64,000 nt of DNA. It comes from Endomicrobiia bacterium. GTDB taxonomy: Bacteria > Elusimicrobiota > Endomicrobiia > DTEH01. Of the stretch, positions 19,507 through 30,010 are shown in pieces. The position numbers were made by a program, and so were the translations under genes. Location of the stretch: positions 1-64,000 of the forward strand of contig JBCNUU010000005.1 of the NCBI GenBank assembly GCA_039630545.1, in the 5' to 3' direction. The notes under the pieces are model-generated. The model saw only the letters and a program-made list of their open reading frames with translations. It was not told the DNA's origin and did not search any database. Positions within the stretch are counted from its first letter, which is position 1, and each line of letters starts with the position of its first letter.

Positions 19507-21240
19507 CTACAATAGAAAAGCAATTTTTAAAAGTTGATTAATTACAAAACTTATCAATAAGCCCCAAATTAACATAAAAAAAGTAATTTTTAATGACAAC
19601 AATATGCCGTGTTCTTTTACTATTAAAAAAAAAGTAGAAATGCAAGGTAAATACAACACCATAAAAATAGATGCTACTATAAGTTGATGTACTGTGAGAT
19701 TAAAAGGTGCAAGTAATGCTATGGAAACATCCTTTCTTAAAAATCCAAGAAGCAAAACAGAGGCAACATCTTTTGGTAAGTTTAATAGTTTAGTGAATAC
19801 TTCTCCAAAATTGTTGATTATAAAATTGTTTATACCGGAAACTTCCATAACATTTATTAAAATTATACCAACAAATATAAGTGGAACAGCGTCTAAAAAA
19901 AAGTCTTTTATTCTTATGTAAAGTTTCTTAAGTAATGTTGGGATGTGTATCATTCTATAGGGTGGTATTTCTAAAAACAGTTCTGATATTTCTGTTTTTG
20001 GTAATAATTTATTTAGTAAAAATCCAGTAAATATAGCATTTAAAAAAATTATAGTGAATGGTAATAACAAATATTTTATTCCATAGGGTGAAACTAAGCT
20101 TATAATCATAGCAGTTTGCGGCATACATGGTGCAAGGATTAAAGCCAGCATTACAGCTATAATTTTTTCTCGGTTTGTTTCAAGAATTCTTGTGGCTAAT
20201 ACTGCTGGAACTTTACAGCCAAATCCTAAAAGTATAGGAATAGCACTATGCCCATGTAATCCTAATTTATGCAATAAATTATCAAGCATTATTGAGAGTC
20301 GTGAAAGATAACCAATGTCTTCTAATATTCCTAACATAAAATAAAATGTTAAAATATATGGAAATACCACTACAAGTGGTATATAAATTCCTGTCGTTAA
20401 AACTCCAAAAGATTCCATAGGTGTCGGATTTTTACCAAGAAGAATTTCCTTTAAGAAGTCTGAAGTTATTATTTTATTAAGGATATTTTTCAAAAATTGT
20501 AAGTAAACAGTATTAAAAAATGGATCTAAAATATAGCTTATAAGCGCTTCGGAGATAGTTCTTGTAATAATAAAAATTAGAATTAAAATACCAAAAGCTA
20601 TAGGTAAACCGCTGTATGGATTTATAGAGATTTCTGAAATTCTATCAAGAAATGTGTGATGTTTATGAGTAATTTGTTGAACTTCATGTAGAATTTCTCC
20701 TATTTTTTCCCATTTTTTATGAGATTCAAAGTTAAAGTTGGATATATTTGCTTCTTTTAATCTATCTATTATTTCCTTAATACCTTCAGCACTTCTTGCA
20801 CAAGTTGAAATTACAGGGACATTTAAAATTTTTTGTAGTTTTTGATAGTTAATAGTGATTCCTTTATGTTTTACCTCATCACAAAAGTTCAGAACTACAA
20901 CTAAAGGAAGCTTTTTTTTGATAAGTTGAAGTGTAAGATTTAAATTTCTTTCAAGATTTGTTGCGTCTAATATATTTAAAAGTATAATTTTGTCATTTGA
21001 GTTTGAAAATTCTTCTAAAAGTTTTATTGCAATTTCTTCTGCTTTTGTAGTTGGTTCTAATGAGTAGATCCCAGGAAGGTCTATTACTTCATAAATTTCG
21101 CCGTTATGTTTTAGAAATCCTTTTGTGAACTCTACCGTAGTTCCTGGATAGTTTGAGGATATTACATTTATTCCTGTTAGACGTGAGAAAATCACACTTT
21201 TTCCTACATTTGGGTTTCCTATCAGCAATATTTTTTTCAT
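19507..21240 (-). CDS. feoB: Ferrous iron transporter FeoB
   Basis: GNPNVGKS, NYPGTTVE, DLPG, DATNLERNL, LGFGC and YLPC motifs. Confidence 0.95.
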   Translation of the reverse strand: MKKILLIGNPNVGKSVIFSRLTGINVISSNYPGTTVEFTKGFLKHNGEIYEVIDLPGIYSLEPTTKAEEIAIKLLEEFSNSNDKIILLNILDATNLERNLNLTLQLIKKKLPLVVVLNFCDEVKHKGITINYQKLQKILNVPVISTCARSAEGIKEIIDRLKEANISNFNFESHKKWEKIGEILHEVQQITHKHHTFLDRISEISINPYSGLPIAFGILILIFIITRTISEALISYILDPFFNTVYLQFLKNILNKIITSDFLKEILLGKNPTPMESFGVLTTGIYIPLVVVFPYILTFYFMLGILEDIGYLSRLSIMLDNLLHKLGLHGHSAIPILLGFGCKVPAVLATRILETNREKIIAVMLALILAPCMPQTAMIISLVSPYGIKYLLLPFTIIFLNAIFTGFLLNKLLPKTEISELFLEIPPYRMIHIPTLLKKLYIRIKDFFLDAVPLIFVGIILINVMEVSGINNFIINNFGEVFTKLLNLPKDVASVLLLGFLRKDVSIALLAPFNLTVHQLIVASIFMVLYLPCISTFFLIVKEHGILLSLKITFFMLIWGLLISFVINQLLKIAFLL

Positions 21241-21262
21241 TTTTAAAAATAAAAAGATGTTT

Positions 21263-21502
21263 TTAGTGAATTTCTACTTTTATTTTTTTGGCTATATTAT
21301 GACTTAGTGCGATTTGTGTGTTTCCTATCTGAATTATCACAGGGCCTTTAGGAAAAATAGAAGAAAGTTTTAGAACCTCTATACCAACCCTTATTCCTAA
21401 AGCATCTAATTTTTTAAGTGTTTTAGAATCATTAGGAATTTCTATAATTTTTCCTTTTTGTTTGGATTCAAGTTGAGTGAGATCTTTTATCATATATAAC
21501 AA
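21263..21502 (-). CDS. feoA: FeoA family protein
   Basis: KLxxLGIRVG...GPVII..G...IAL...A..I.V pattern, directly upstream of feoB. Confidence 0.9.
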   Translation of the reverse strand: MLYMIKDLTQLESKQKGKIIEIPNDSKTLKKLDALGIRVGIEVLKLSSIFPKGPVIIQIGNTQIALSHNIAKKIKVEIH

Positions 21503-21510
21503 ATAAATTG

Positions 21511-21951
21511 TTATTTTTTACAATTTTTACAGATACCATAGATTATAAGTTTGTGATCTATAATTTGAAAATCGAAATTCTTTGCTAATTTTTTCTGTAG
21601 AATTTCTAGTTCATCTGAAGTTATTTCAATAAATTCTTTGCATTCAATACAGATGAGATGATCATGATGTTTATGAGCATATTTATGTTCATAAAGTTTT
21701 TTTTTATTTCCTATTTTTACACTTTCAGCTATTCCTAACTCATCAAAAAGCTGTAGTGTCCTGTGAACAGTAGCATACCCTATTTGAGGATTTATTTTTT
21801 TCATTAACACATAAAATTCATCAACACTAATGTGACCATCAGTTGAAAAAAATGCTTCTAATATCTGTTTTCTTTGTTTAGTGTTTCTTAGTTTTTTTTG
21901 TTTGAGAATACTATTGAAATCTTTTTCTATGTTTTTTATATGAAGTTTCAT
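21511..21951 (-). CDS. fur: Fur family transcriptional regulator
   Basis: TKQR, ATVHRTL, HHDHLICIEC and C-terminal CKNC motifs. Confidence 0.92.
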   Translation of the reverse strand: MKLHIKNIEKDFNSILKQKKLRNTKQRKQILEAFFSTDGHISVDEFYVLMKKINPQIGYATVHRTLQLFDELGIAESVKIGNKKKLYEHKYAHKHHDHLICIECKEFIEITSDELEILQKKLAKNFDFQIIDHKLIIYGICKNCKK

Positions 21952-21960
21952 TGTCTAACT

Positions 21961-21983
21961 GATATTGATAATCTTTATCAATA
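21961..21983. promoter_or_regulatory. Fur box upstream of fur-feoA-feoB
   Basis: GATATTGATAATCTTTATC (21961-21979) matches the classical GATAATGATAATCATTATC at 17/19 positions. Palindrome TATTGATAA-TCT-TTATCAATA. Confidence 0.88.
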
Positions 21984-22055
21984 ATAAACTTACTAACAAC
22001 AAAACTTGCCAAACATTTGAGACATTTTTAGTTATTGATTAAATTTTTCCAGATA

Positions 22056-22394
22056 TTATTCTGCACCTTCAACTTCTACTGTCCAGGTAGCAATTGTTGT
22101 TGGAATAAATAAGTTTAAAGCAGACGAAATTAACCAGTCAACCAATGTCATTTTTGTGGTGATTCTTACTTTTTTAATTTTTGTTTGTTGTAGTATTTTG
22201 TTTGTTGTGTTGTCAGAGATAGGAACTAATCCCCATAAAGCATACCATACCCTGTAGGTTTCTTTGTATGGTAAGTTTTCTGTTCTTGAAGCTAAAGTGA
22301 TTGGTCTGTCTGTGTCTGATAGAATCTTTACCGTGTAGCAGCTTGTTGTAAAAAGTAGTGCCACTATACACAGTATTATTGTTAAGTTTCTCAT
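22056..22394 (-). CDS. Bor/Iss-like lipoprotein
   Basis: Signal peptide with lipobox TTSC, WYALWGLVP motif, strong SD (AGGAGG). Confidence 0.7.
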   Translation of the reverse strand: MRNLTIILCIVALLFTTSCYTVKILSDTDRPITLASRTENLPYKETYRVWYALWGLVPISDNTTNKILQQTKIKKVRITTKMTLVDWLISSALNLFIPTTIATWTVEVEGAE

Positions 22395-22480
22395 AAAAAC
22401 ACCTCCTTTTGTTTTTAATTAAAAGTTTTTTTATTTTTTAACAAATTAGAATTTTCAAGTCAATATTTTTAAATATAAAA

Positions 22481-23239
22481 TTATTTTAAAATATCTCTTG
22501 CTAAAACCAATCCAAAAACTAAGTTTGCTTTTGCCTCTTTTAATATTTTAGCACATTGATTGATAGTTTCTGTGGTGGTGGCTACATCATCTATAATCAA
22601 GATATTTTTACCTTTTATAAATTCTTTATATTTTTTGTTAACCTTAAATGCATTTTGAATATTTAATGTTCTTTGTTCCTTAGATAATTTAGACTGCGAA
22701 GGTGTAAGTTTTTTTCTTAATAAGATGTCTGGAAAAAAATTTAAGTTTAATTTCTTAGAAAACTCAAAAGCCAGAAGATAGGATTGGTTGTAGCCTCTTA
22801 AGATTTGCTTTAAAATATGCATCGGCACACAACATACAAAATCTATTTCTGGAAAAATGTTTTTATTTTTTAACCACCAATTTATTAAAAATTTTTCTGT
22901 AATGTAATTTTTAAGGTAATACTTCTGTTTATACTTAAATTCATGAATTAATGTTTTGATGGGTTCGTTATATTCTACAGTTCCACGTATAAAATCAAAG
23001 TAAATTTTTCTTTTTGAATTTTTGCAGTTGTAACAATGTTCTCCTCCGCTTTCTAAAGGTAAACCGCATTTTTTGCAGACTAACCCATCTATTAGTTTAG
23101 CTTTACTAAAACAACTTTTACATAAAAATTCAGATGAGTGGTATTCCAAAGGTTTTTCACAATGAAAACAGATTTTTGGAAATAACACATATAAAATAAT
23201 TTCAATACAACTTTTTAAAATTTTTAAAATTTTTTTCAT
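22481..23239 (-). CDS. comF: ComF family protein (zinc ribbon + PRTase domain)
   Basis: Four CxxC motifs, FKY, VPMH..RGYNQ and IIDDVATT. Confidence 0.9.
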   Translation of the reverse strand: MKKILKILKSCIEIILYVLFPKICFHCEKPLEYHSSEFLCKSCFSKAKLIDGLVCKKCGLPLESGGEHCYNCKNSKRKIYFDFIRGTVEYNEPIKTLIHEFKYKQKYYLKNYITEKFLINWWLKNKNIFPEIDFVCCVPMHILKQILRGYNQSYLLAFEFSKKLNLNFFPDILLRKKLTPSQSKLSKEQRTLNIQNAFKVNKKYKEFIKGKNILIIDDVATTTETINQCAKILKEAKANLVFGLVLARDILK

Positions 23240-23337
23240 ATTAATTTTTCATCATAATTTATTGAAATAAAAATGAAGAAATTTATATATATTTTAACAA
23301 TATTTTAATAATTGAATTCAAGGAGGCAAAAATTCTT

Positions 23338-23664
23338 ATGGTAAAAGAAATAAATGAAGAAAATTTTGAAAAGGAAGTATTAGAGTCTCAAGTTCCTGTA
23401 TTGGTAGACTTTTGGGCAGAGTGGTGTGGTCCCTGTAGAATGTTAGGTAAGATTATTGATGAGTTGTCTGAAATTTATTCTGATGAACAAATAAAAATTT
23501 TGAAACTTAATGTTGATAATAACCCAAAATTAGCTGCAAAGTATGGTATTATGGCTATTCCTACAGTTATCATCTTTAAAGATGGAAAACCATTTGAGCA
23601 GATTACAGGTTTAAGAAGTAAACAAGAACTTCAAAAAGTTATTGATAACATAATTAAAAAATGA
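23338..23664 (+). CDS. trxA: Thioredoxin
   Basis: VLVDFWAEWCGPC and IPT motifs, SD AAGGAGG. Confidence 0.96.
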   Translation: MVKEINEENFEKEVLESQVPVLVDFWAEWCGPCRMLGKIIDELSEIYSDEQIKILKLNVDNNPKLAAKYGIMAIPTVIIFKDGKPFEQITGLRSKQELQKVIDNIIKK

Positions 23665-24539
23665 TGAAAGTTATAAGAAAAATTTCATTAATGCAAAATA
23701 TAGTAAATAACCTAAGAGCACAAAACAAAAGTATTGGTTTTGTCCCTACAATGGGTGCATTACATGAAGCTCATATTAAACTGATTCAAAAAGCAAGAAA
23801 AGAAAACGATATAGTTGTAGTTTCTATTTTTGTAAATCCTTTGCAATTTGGACCTACTGAGGATTATAAAGAATATCCCCGCCCTATAAAGCAAGATTTA
23901 AAAATATGTAAGAAAGAAAACGTGGATTTTGTATTTAATCCATCGGTAAATGAAATGTATCCTGAAAAAGAAATCCTTACCTATGTAGAGGTACAAAAAC
24001 TTCAAGATATCCTTTGTGGAAAATACAGACCAGGACATTTTCGTGGAGTTGCTACTGTAGTTGCTAAATTGTTTAATATTGTTAAACCTCATAAGGCTTA
24101 TTTTGGAGAAAAAGATTATCAACAGTTAAAAATAATTCTTCGTATGGTTAAAGATTTAAACTATGATGTGAAGATAATTCCTGTAAGCACAGTTCGCGAG
24201 AAAGATGGTTTGGCTTATTCAAGTAGAAATTTATATCTTTCAGAAAAAGAACGAAAAGTTGCTGGCAGTATATATAAATCTCTTTTGTTTTGTAAAGAGT
24301 TAATTCTTAACAAAAAATACAATAGTATAAAAAAATGCATACAAAAAGCAAAAAACTTTCTTGAAAAACTTTTAAGTAATGTAAAATATGAAATTCAATA
24401 TTTTGAAATTTATGATGACAATTTAAAGCCTGTAAATGATGAAATTTCTTCCCTTCGCAAAAATCAAAAACTAAGAATTTTTGCTGCTGTATATATAGGA
24501 AATACTAGATTAATTGATAATATAGGATTTAAATTATAA
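23661..24539 (+). CDS. panC: Pantoate--beta-alanine ligase
   Basis: PTMGALH..H, SIFVNPLQF, RPGHF.GV, FGEKDYQQ, DGLAYSSRN and RLIDN motifs. Confidence 0.96.
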   Translation: MMKVIRKISLMQNIVNNLRAQNKSIGFVPTMGALHEAHIKLIQKARKENDIVVVSIFVNPLQFGPTEDYKEYPRPIKQDLKICKKENVDFVFNPSVNEMYPEKEILTYVEVQKLQDILCGKYRPGHFRGVATVVAKLFNIVKPHKAYFGEKDYQQLKIILRMVKDLNYDVKIIPVSTVREKDGLAYSSRNLYLSEKERKVAGSIYKSLLFCKELILNKKYNSIKKCIQKAKNFLEKLLSNVKYEIQYFEIYDDNLKPVNDEISSLRKNQKLRIFAAVYIGNTRLIDNIGFKL

Positions 24540-24549
24540 TATAACTTCT

Positions 24550-26271
24550 TCAACTGAAGTCAACATAGTTATAAAATAAAGGTAAGATAACTTTTCTTCC
24601 TGTATAACTTTTAGGTTTAATTTTTTCCTTTAAAGAAAGATAAAAATTTAATTTTTCTGTTTGATTTGTAGTTTTGTAATATTTAAGTCTTATGTTTATG
24701 CCTGCAAGAATATAAAATTTTTGATAATCTTCTAAAATTAATGATTCTTCAAAAATTTCTTTTTTGTAAGTAATTCTGTTAAATAAGCCTGCTTTTATTA
24801 AGCTATAATTAAAAAATATCAGATATATCACTAAACTAACACACAATAAATTTATATTCTGTAATCTCAAGATGGTGTTATAGAAAATACTTGCTGAAAA
24901 TTTTGTAACCAGTAGAATAAATAATAAAAATAAATATATTTCAAATTCTGCTATATATCTGGGTTTTAAAGTAACATTTAAATTTTTAAAGCCTGTAGAA
25001 ATATTAATAAAAAAATTTTTTAAACTATAAACTTCCAATAAATCAATTTGATTTGTTAAAGATAAAATAAATAATATAAATGTCCATAAACTACATAATA
25101 TTGACAAAACAATAAAATAAAATTTGTATTTTTTTGAGATAAATAAGAAATACAAACCCATTGCAAATATAAATATTAAGTCAGTATAGTATCTTATTCC
25201 AAAAGAAGCTCCCCCTCCCGGTGATATTACTAAAGAGATAATAAAAGTTTCTATTAAAAAAACTAAAATTAAGCTTAAAGAGATTAAAAAATTGTATTTT
25301 AAACCTCTTATTAGGCCCAAAATTGATAACAGAATCAATGGTGTCCATAGAATCACAGAATGATAAGATGAAAATAGGACTTCAAAAATATGTGAGATAA
25401 TAAATCGATTTAAAGAGATAGTGTACAACTTAGGTATCATAAGTTGAGAAAATATAATTTTTGAATTTACTAAGCTTGGAGAAAATCCAACAAAAAATCC
25501 TGTTATTAGTACAATTAAACATAAAAAATATTTTTTTATTTTTTGAACTTCTAAATTTCTATTTGCTATTTTTAGAATAAATTCCAGAATTATAGGTATA
25601 ATTAGAATTATTCTTTGTAAGCGAACACAAGAAATGATCCCAAGTAATATTCCTAATGTTAAAAATCTTCTAAATGTAAATTCATTTATTGTGTTAAACC
25701 AAAAAATAAAAAATAAACTACATAAAAATGCAGCTGTGGTATGAGCATTTTGAGGTATAGCATAAGAATAAAACAAAAGAGGTGTTCCAAGAAATACACA
25801 TATACATATAAAAAAAGAAATCCTTTTATTTATCTTTAATTTCTCTTTAGCAAATTTCAGGAAAATCCATAGACTTCCTAAACCAAGTAAAGAAGAAAAA
25901 AAGTTGGTGAATAAAATTGATATTTTTTCATTTTCAAATAAACTGGCTAAAAAATATACTGGAAGCCACACTATGCTACATCCAATATCAAAATCATTTA
26001 TTACAAAACCACTTTTTGTTGTGCCTATTATGTTGGGTGTATATGTTTTTATTATTTTATAAAAATCATAATTTTTATATTTAAAAACCGCTGGAAGGTA
26101 TGAATAATATCCTATACCGTCAGGAAAATGCCATAGTGATGAAGGAAAGTAAGTTAAAACTAATAAAACCAAAATAAACAAAGTTATGTATTTGCAAAAA
26201 AGTTTAGATATAAAAATATGAAAACTATTTTTTAGACTTTTGCTTTTTTTGTTTCTTTTTAGTTGAGACAT
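24550..26271 (-). CDS. Multi-pass membrane protein, putative GT-C glycosyltransferase
   Basis: DGIGYYSYL after the first helix, many transmembrane segments, GGASFGIRY and WTPL motifs. Confidence 0.65.
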   Translation of the reverse strand: MSQLKRNKKSKSLKNSFHIFISKLFCKYITLFILVLLVLTYFPSSLWHFPDGIGYYSYLPAVFKYKNYDFYKIIKTYTPNIIGTTKSGFVINDFDIGCSIVWLPVYFLASLFENEKISILFTNFFSSLLGLGSLWIFLKFAKEKLKINKRISFFICICVFLGTPLLFYSYAIPQNAHTTAAFLCSLFFIFWFNTINEFTFRRFLTLGILLGIISCVRLQRIILIIPIILEFILKIANRNLEVQKIKKYFLCLIVLITGFFVGFSPSLVNSKIIFSQLMIPKLYTISLNRFIISHIFEVLFSSYHSVILWTPLILLSILGLIRGLKYNFLISLSLILVFLIETFIISLVISPGGGASFGIRYYTDLIFIFAMGLYFLFISKKYKFYFIVLSILCSLWTFILFILSLTNQIDLLEVYSLKNFFINISTGFKNLNVTLKPRYIAEFEIYLFLLFILLVTKFSASIFYNTILRLQNINLLCVSLVIYLIFFNYSLIKAGLFNRITYKKEIFEESLILEDYQKFYILAGINIRLKYYKTTNQTEKLNFYLSLKEKIKPKSYTGRKVILPLFYNYVDFS

Positions 26272-26770
26272 TTCCAGTTTTTTTAGGGTATAACTGAGAT
26301 AAATATTTTTCTATTTCTTCTTTTGAAGGTAAGATATGTCCTTTAAACACTATTTTCCCATTTATGTCTATCATAAAATTTGTAGGTATTTTTCTTATAT
26401 AATATCTTTTTGCTACCTCTGCGTTTAAATCCAGAGCAACTTTGTATTGAATATTTTTTTTCTTTACGAATTCACTTACAATTTTTTGTGGTTCTGATAT
26501 ATTTATAGATATGATCTCTAACCCTTTATCCTTATAAGTTTCATGTAAGTTTATTACTTCTGGAACTTCATTTATACAAAAGGGGCACCAGGTTGTCCAG
26601 AAAATGAGCAATATTATTTTTTTACCTACTATGTTTGATAGTTTTATAGGTTCTGTAGAATTTAATAAGATAAGTTCAAAATCAATGTATTTGTTTTTTT
26701 GTTCTTGTTGTGTATAGATTGGTAGCAAACTCCTCAATAGAAAGAAGAAGATGATAAGAAAAATTTTCAT
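26225..26770 (-). CDS. TlpA/ResA-type thiol-disulfide oxidoreductase
   Basis: N-terminal membrane anchor, FWTTWCPFC..E.P and IPT..ID..G motifs. Confidence 0.88.
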   Translation of the reverse strand: MKIFLIIFFFLLRSLLPIYTQQEQKNKYIDFELILLNSTEPIKLSNIVGKKIILLIFWTTWCPFCINEVPEVINLHETYKDKGLEIISINISEPQKIVSEFVKKKNIQYKVALDLNAEVAKRYYIRKIPTNFMIDINGKIVFKGHILPSKEEIEKYLSQLYPKKTGNVSTKKKQKKQKSKK

Positions 26771-28977
26771 GTTTTGTCAAGAATTTCTTTTGCTATGTTT
26801 GAAAGACCCGGTTCTTTTTTGTTTTTTAGTAATTTATAAAAGAAAATTTTTACTTCAGGTAAAGTAGAAAAATTTCCTAACGCCCAAGCAGCTGTAATTC
26901 TTATATCGTAATCTTCACCCTTTAGAAGTCCTCCAAACTTTTTTTTAGAAAGAATAATTTTTTTAAGTTTGGGAATAGCTTTAGGTTCTTTCATTATTCC
27001 TAAGGCTATACATACACGTTTTTTGAGATCTTTGTTTTTAGTGTTGATAAGTTTTAATATATTTTCCGATGCTTTTTTATACTCCAGGTTTGTAAGAATT
27101 TCAATTATATATTCTATTACTTGTTCTTCTTCTTTATTAAGTAACGAAGATAACCAGCTTAAATTTTCTTCTTTATTTTTTTGTTGAATATAATTAATAA
27201 TTGCAATTTTGTTTGCGTATCCCATATAAGGATATATCTGTTTTAAAGTTTCTGAGAAATCAAAACTTATTTTTTCAGCTAAGGCTATAATTTTTGAAAT
27301 TTTATGCTGAGAAGTTTTAGGAGAAAGATACTTTAAAATATACTCTATTACTTCTTGCTGATTTTTTAAAGAAACAATTAAATCAGTGAGTTTAAATATA
27401 ATTTCTTGATTAGTGGTAGTCAAAATTGTCTCTATCAAGGTCTCACAGGCTCGTTCACCAATATAGGTAAGAAACCATATAATGTTGTCTATTGTTTTTT
27501 TATCTATTTCTTCAACTAGATGATTTAAAATTTTTTCTTTTGTGTTATTGTAAATTTTATCTATTAAAGAATAAATAAGTTTAGACTTATAAGGTTCTAT
27601 TTTCTGAGTTTCTTCAGCAAATAACAAAAGATGTTTTGTATATTCAGTAAATGATTCGTAATCTTTAGAGTTAATCAAGCAAATAAGCGAGTTCTCTAAA
27701 GAAAAGAAATACTGGTTAAGAACGGTTTCTTCTTTTTCTTTTAATAAAAATTCTAAAATTTTTTTTGTGAGATTTTTTGCTAACTTGGTTTTGTTATTTT
27801 TTGCTATTTGTACAGAAATATCATTAAATGAAGAGGCAGCAAGTTGTCTTAGTTTTACGATTGGATTTGATAAATTTTCAGACATTAGGTTAATTATATT
27901 TTCTAATTTATCATCTAAGCTAAGGATACATAATTTTTCAATGTTTTCTTGCAGATTCGAAAGGAATTTTTCTTGAAGAAGTTTTACTGGTTCTTTAATC
28001 TGAAGAAATTCATCTAATTGGGCAATCCACGATTTTTGTTCTTCTTTTTTTTGTTTTATTGCTTCTGGAAGGGCGTCTATTAGTCCAATTTTAAATATTT
28101 CTTCAAAAATTTCTACAGGTACAAGTTCACTTATCGGAGAGTTTATTACAAGTTTTATAAATTCTTTAAAGTTTTGGAGTTGTTTTATATATTCTGTTTC
28201 ATTTTCTGTTTGACTGCGAAGTTTTTTACACCAGGTTATAATTTCATTAAAGATTTCTTCCATGTTTTGTTTTGTTAAATAGTTAACAATGTTTTGTTTA
28301 AGACCCAATTCTTCAAATTTAGGAGGTAACGGATTAACAAGAAGATCAAAAAGTAAATGAGAATTTAATCCAGAAAGTTGTTTAGCAACTGCAGATGTTA
28401 TCTTTTTTTTGGTTTCTTCATCCTGAAGTTTGCTTATTTCAGAAAATACGCTATTTAAAACATTCATTAAATCTGTAAAATTTGAAATAGGTTGGGAGAT
28501 AGTTCGGAAAATATTTTTTATAGTTTTGTCAGATTTTAAAACTGAGATATATTCTACCTCATCTATTGTTATATTTTTTATATTTTGTTGTTCAATGGTT
28601 TGTGTTATGATTTCTTTTGTGGAAATACCAGGTTTTTTTACTGTAAAAGCAATAATAAAATTTTTAAGTTCTTCAAAAAGTAATTCTTTTTTTAAAGTTA
28701 TGCTTTTTATACCTGTTTGTATAAAAAATTGTACCAGATAGTTAACATTAGAAATAGAAACAGGATCTTTACTGTAGTATTCTTTATCGTTTATAAAAAT
28801 TTTTCCATCTAATTCAGAAATAGTAATGAAGGTTTGTTCTTTTAAAATTTCTTTTAATAAACCATATAATTCATTTATCTGATTTTCAACAATAGGACTT
28901 GTTGGAGGATAAATTTTTATATTAGTTAAGGAAAGACGAAAAGACTTTAGTAAATTGTTTATCTCTAATTCATTCAT
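26767..28977 (-). CDS. HEAT-repeat protein
   Basis: C-terminal HEAT/PBS-like repeats (RVCIALGIMKEPKAIP, RITAAWALG). N-terminal IYPPTSP...GIKSITL region. Confidence 0.7.
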   Translation of the reverse strand: MNELEINNLLKSFRLSLTNIKIYPPTSPIVENQINELYGLLKEILKEQTFITISELDGKIFINDKEYYSKDPVSISNVNYLVQFFIQTGIKSITLKKELLFEELKNFIIAFTVKKPGISTKEIITQTIEQQNIKNITIDEVEYISVLKSDKTIKNIFRTISQPISNFTDLMNVLNSVFSEISKLQDEETKKKITSAVAKQLSGLNSHLLFDLLVNPLPPKFEELGLKQNIVNYLTKQNMEEIFNEIITWCKKLRSQTENETEYIKQLQNFKEFIKLVINSPISELVPVEIFEEIFKIGLIDALPEAIKQKKEEQKSWIAQLDEFLQIKEPVKLLQEKFLSNLQENIEKLCILSLDDKLENIINLMSENLSNPIVKLRQLAASSFNDISVQIAKNNKTKLAKNLTKKILEFLLKEKEETVLNQYFFSLENSLICLINSKDYESFTEYTKHLLLFAEETQKIEPYKSKLIYSLIDKIYNNTKEKILNHLVEEIDKKTIDNIIWFLTYIGERACETLIETILTTTNQEIIFKLTDLIVSLKNQQEVIEYILKYLSPKTSQHKISKIIALAEKISFDFSETLKQIYPYMGYANKIAIINYIQQKNKEENLSWLSSLLNKEEEQVIEYIIEILTNLEYKKASENILKLINTKNKDLKKRVCIALGIMKEPKAIPKLKKIILSKKKFGGLLKGEDYDIRITAAWALGNFSTLPEVKIFFYKLLKNKKEPGLSNIAKEILDKT

Positions 28978-29014
28978 TGTTTTTTAATTATTATTTCTTA
29001 TTTTCTTATATTTC

Positions 29015-30010
29015 TTATATTTCTTTCAAAAATTTTGCTGCTTCTTCTGGAGGTATAGGATTTATGTAAAAACCACTTCCCCACTCAAATCCACCAACTC
29101 CAGAAAGTTGTGGCATAATCTCTATATGCCAGTGATAATGTGATAAGTTAGAATGTTTTAATGGAGATGTATGAAGTATGTAATTATAAGGTGGTTTCTC
29201 TAAAGCCAGATTTAACTTTTTATTTATAATTTGCATAATTAAAGATAAATTGGAAATTTCTTTATCATTAATATCTTCATACATTGGGTCGTGTCGTTTG
29301 GGTAATATCCATATTTCAAAAGGAAACCTGCTTGCATAGGGACATATGGCTATAAAGTCATCATTTTCTGTTATAACTCTGGTGGTTTTATTTAATTCTT
29401 CATTTATTATATCACAATATACACATCTCTCCTTAAATAAAAAGTAATTTTCTGCTCCTATTAATTCCTGTTGTATTATAATTGGAATCATAGGTAACGC
29501 AATTAACTGAGAATGCGGATGAGATAGTGTAGCACCTGCTTGTTTACCACAGTTTTTAAAAATTAAAATGTACTCAAATCTTATATCATTTTTTAAGTCT
29601 AAAATTCTTTCACGATATATTCTAAAGATGTTTTCAACATGTTTTTTTTGTAATTGATATAAATCAGAGAAATGTTGCGGTGTTTCTATAATTACTTCGT
29701 GTGCTCCTATTCCTGTGATTTTGTCATATATCCCGTCTGCAGATTTTATTATTTCACCTTCAACTTTTAAAGCAGGATATTTATTCGGTATTACTCTTAT
29801 ACTCCAACCTGGAGAATTTTTTGGAGAGTTGTCTTCTCTAACAGCAGTAATTTCGGGTGGTGTAAATTTTTCATTCCCCCAGCAAAAAGGGCATGTATTT
29901 TGATTGTTTTCTTCTCTTTCTACTTTTGTAAATGCAAAAGGACGTTGAGCTCTTTCTGAAGATATTATTACCCATCTACCTACTATTGGATCTCGTCTAA
30001 ATTCTCTCAT
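29015..30010 (-). CDS. galT: Galactose-1-phosphate uridylyltransferase
   Basis: RAQRP, CPFC.GNE, NKYPAL, HEVIIETP, catalytic HPHSQ and GFEWGSG motifs. Start reassigned to 30010. Confidence 0.93.
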   Translation of the reverse strand: MREFRRDPIVGRWVIISSERAQRPFAFTKVEREENNQNTCPFCWGNEKFTPPEITAVREDNSPKNSPGWSIRVIPNKYPALKVEGEIIKSADGIYDKITGIGAHEVIIETPQHFSDLYQLQKKHVENIFRIYRERILDLKNDIRFEYILIFKNCGKQAGATLSHPHSQLIALPMIPIIIQQELIGAENYFLFKERCVYCDIINEELNKTTRVITENDDFIAICPYASRFPFEIWILPKRHDPMYEDINDKEISNLSLIMQIINKKLNLALEKPPYNYILHTSPLKHSNLSHYHWHIEIMPQLSGVGGFEWGSGFYINPIPPEEAAKFLKEI

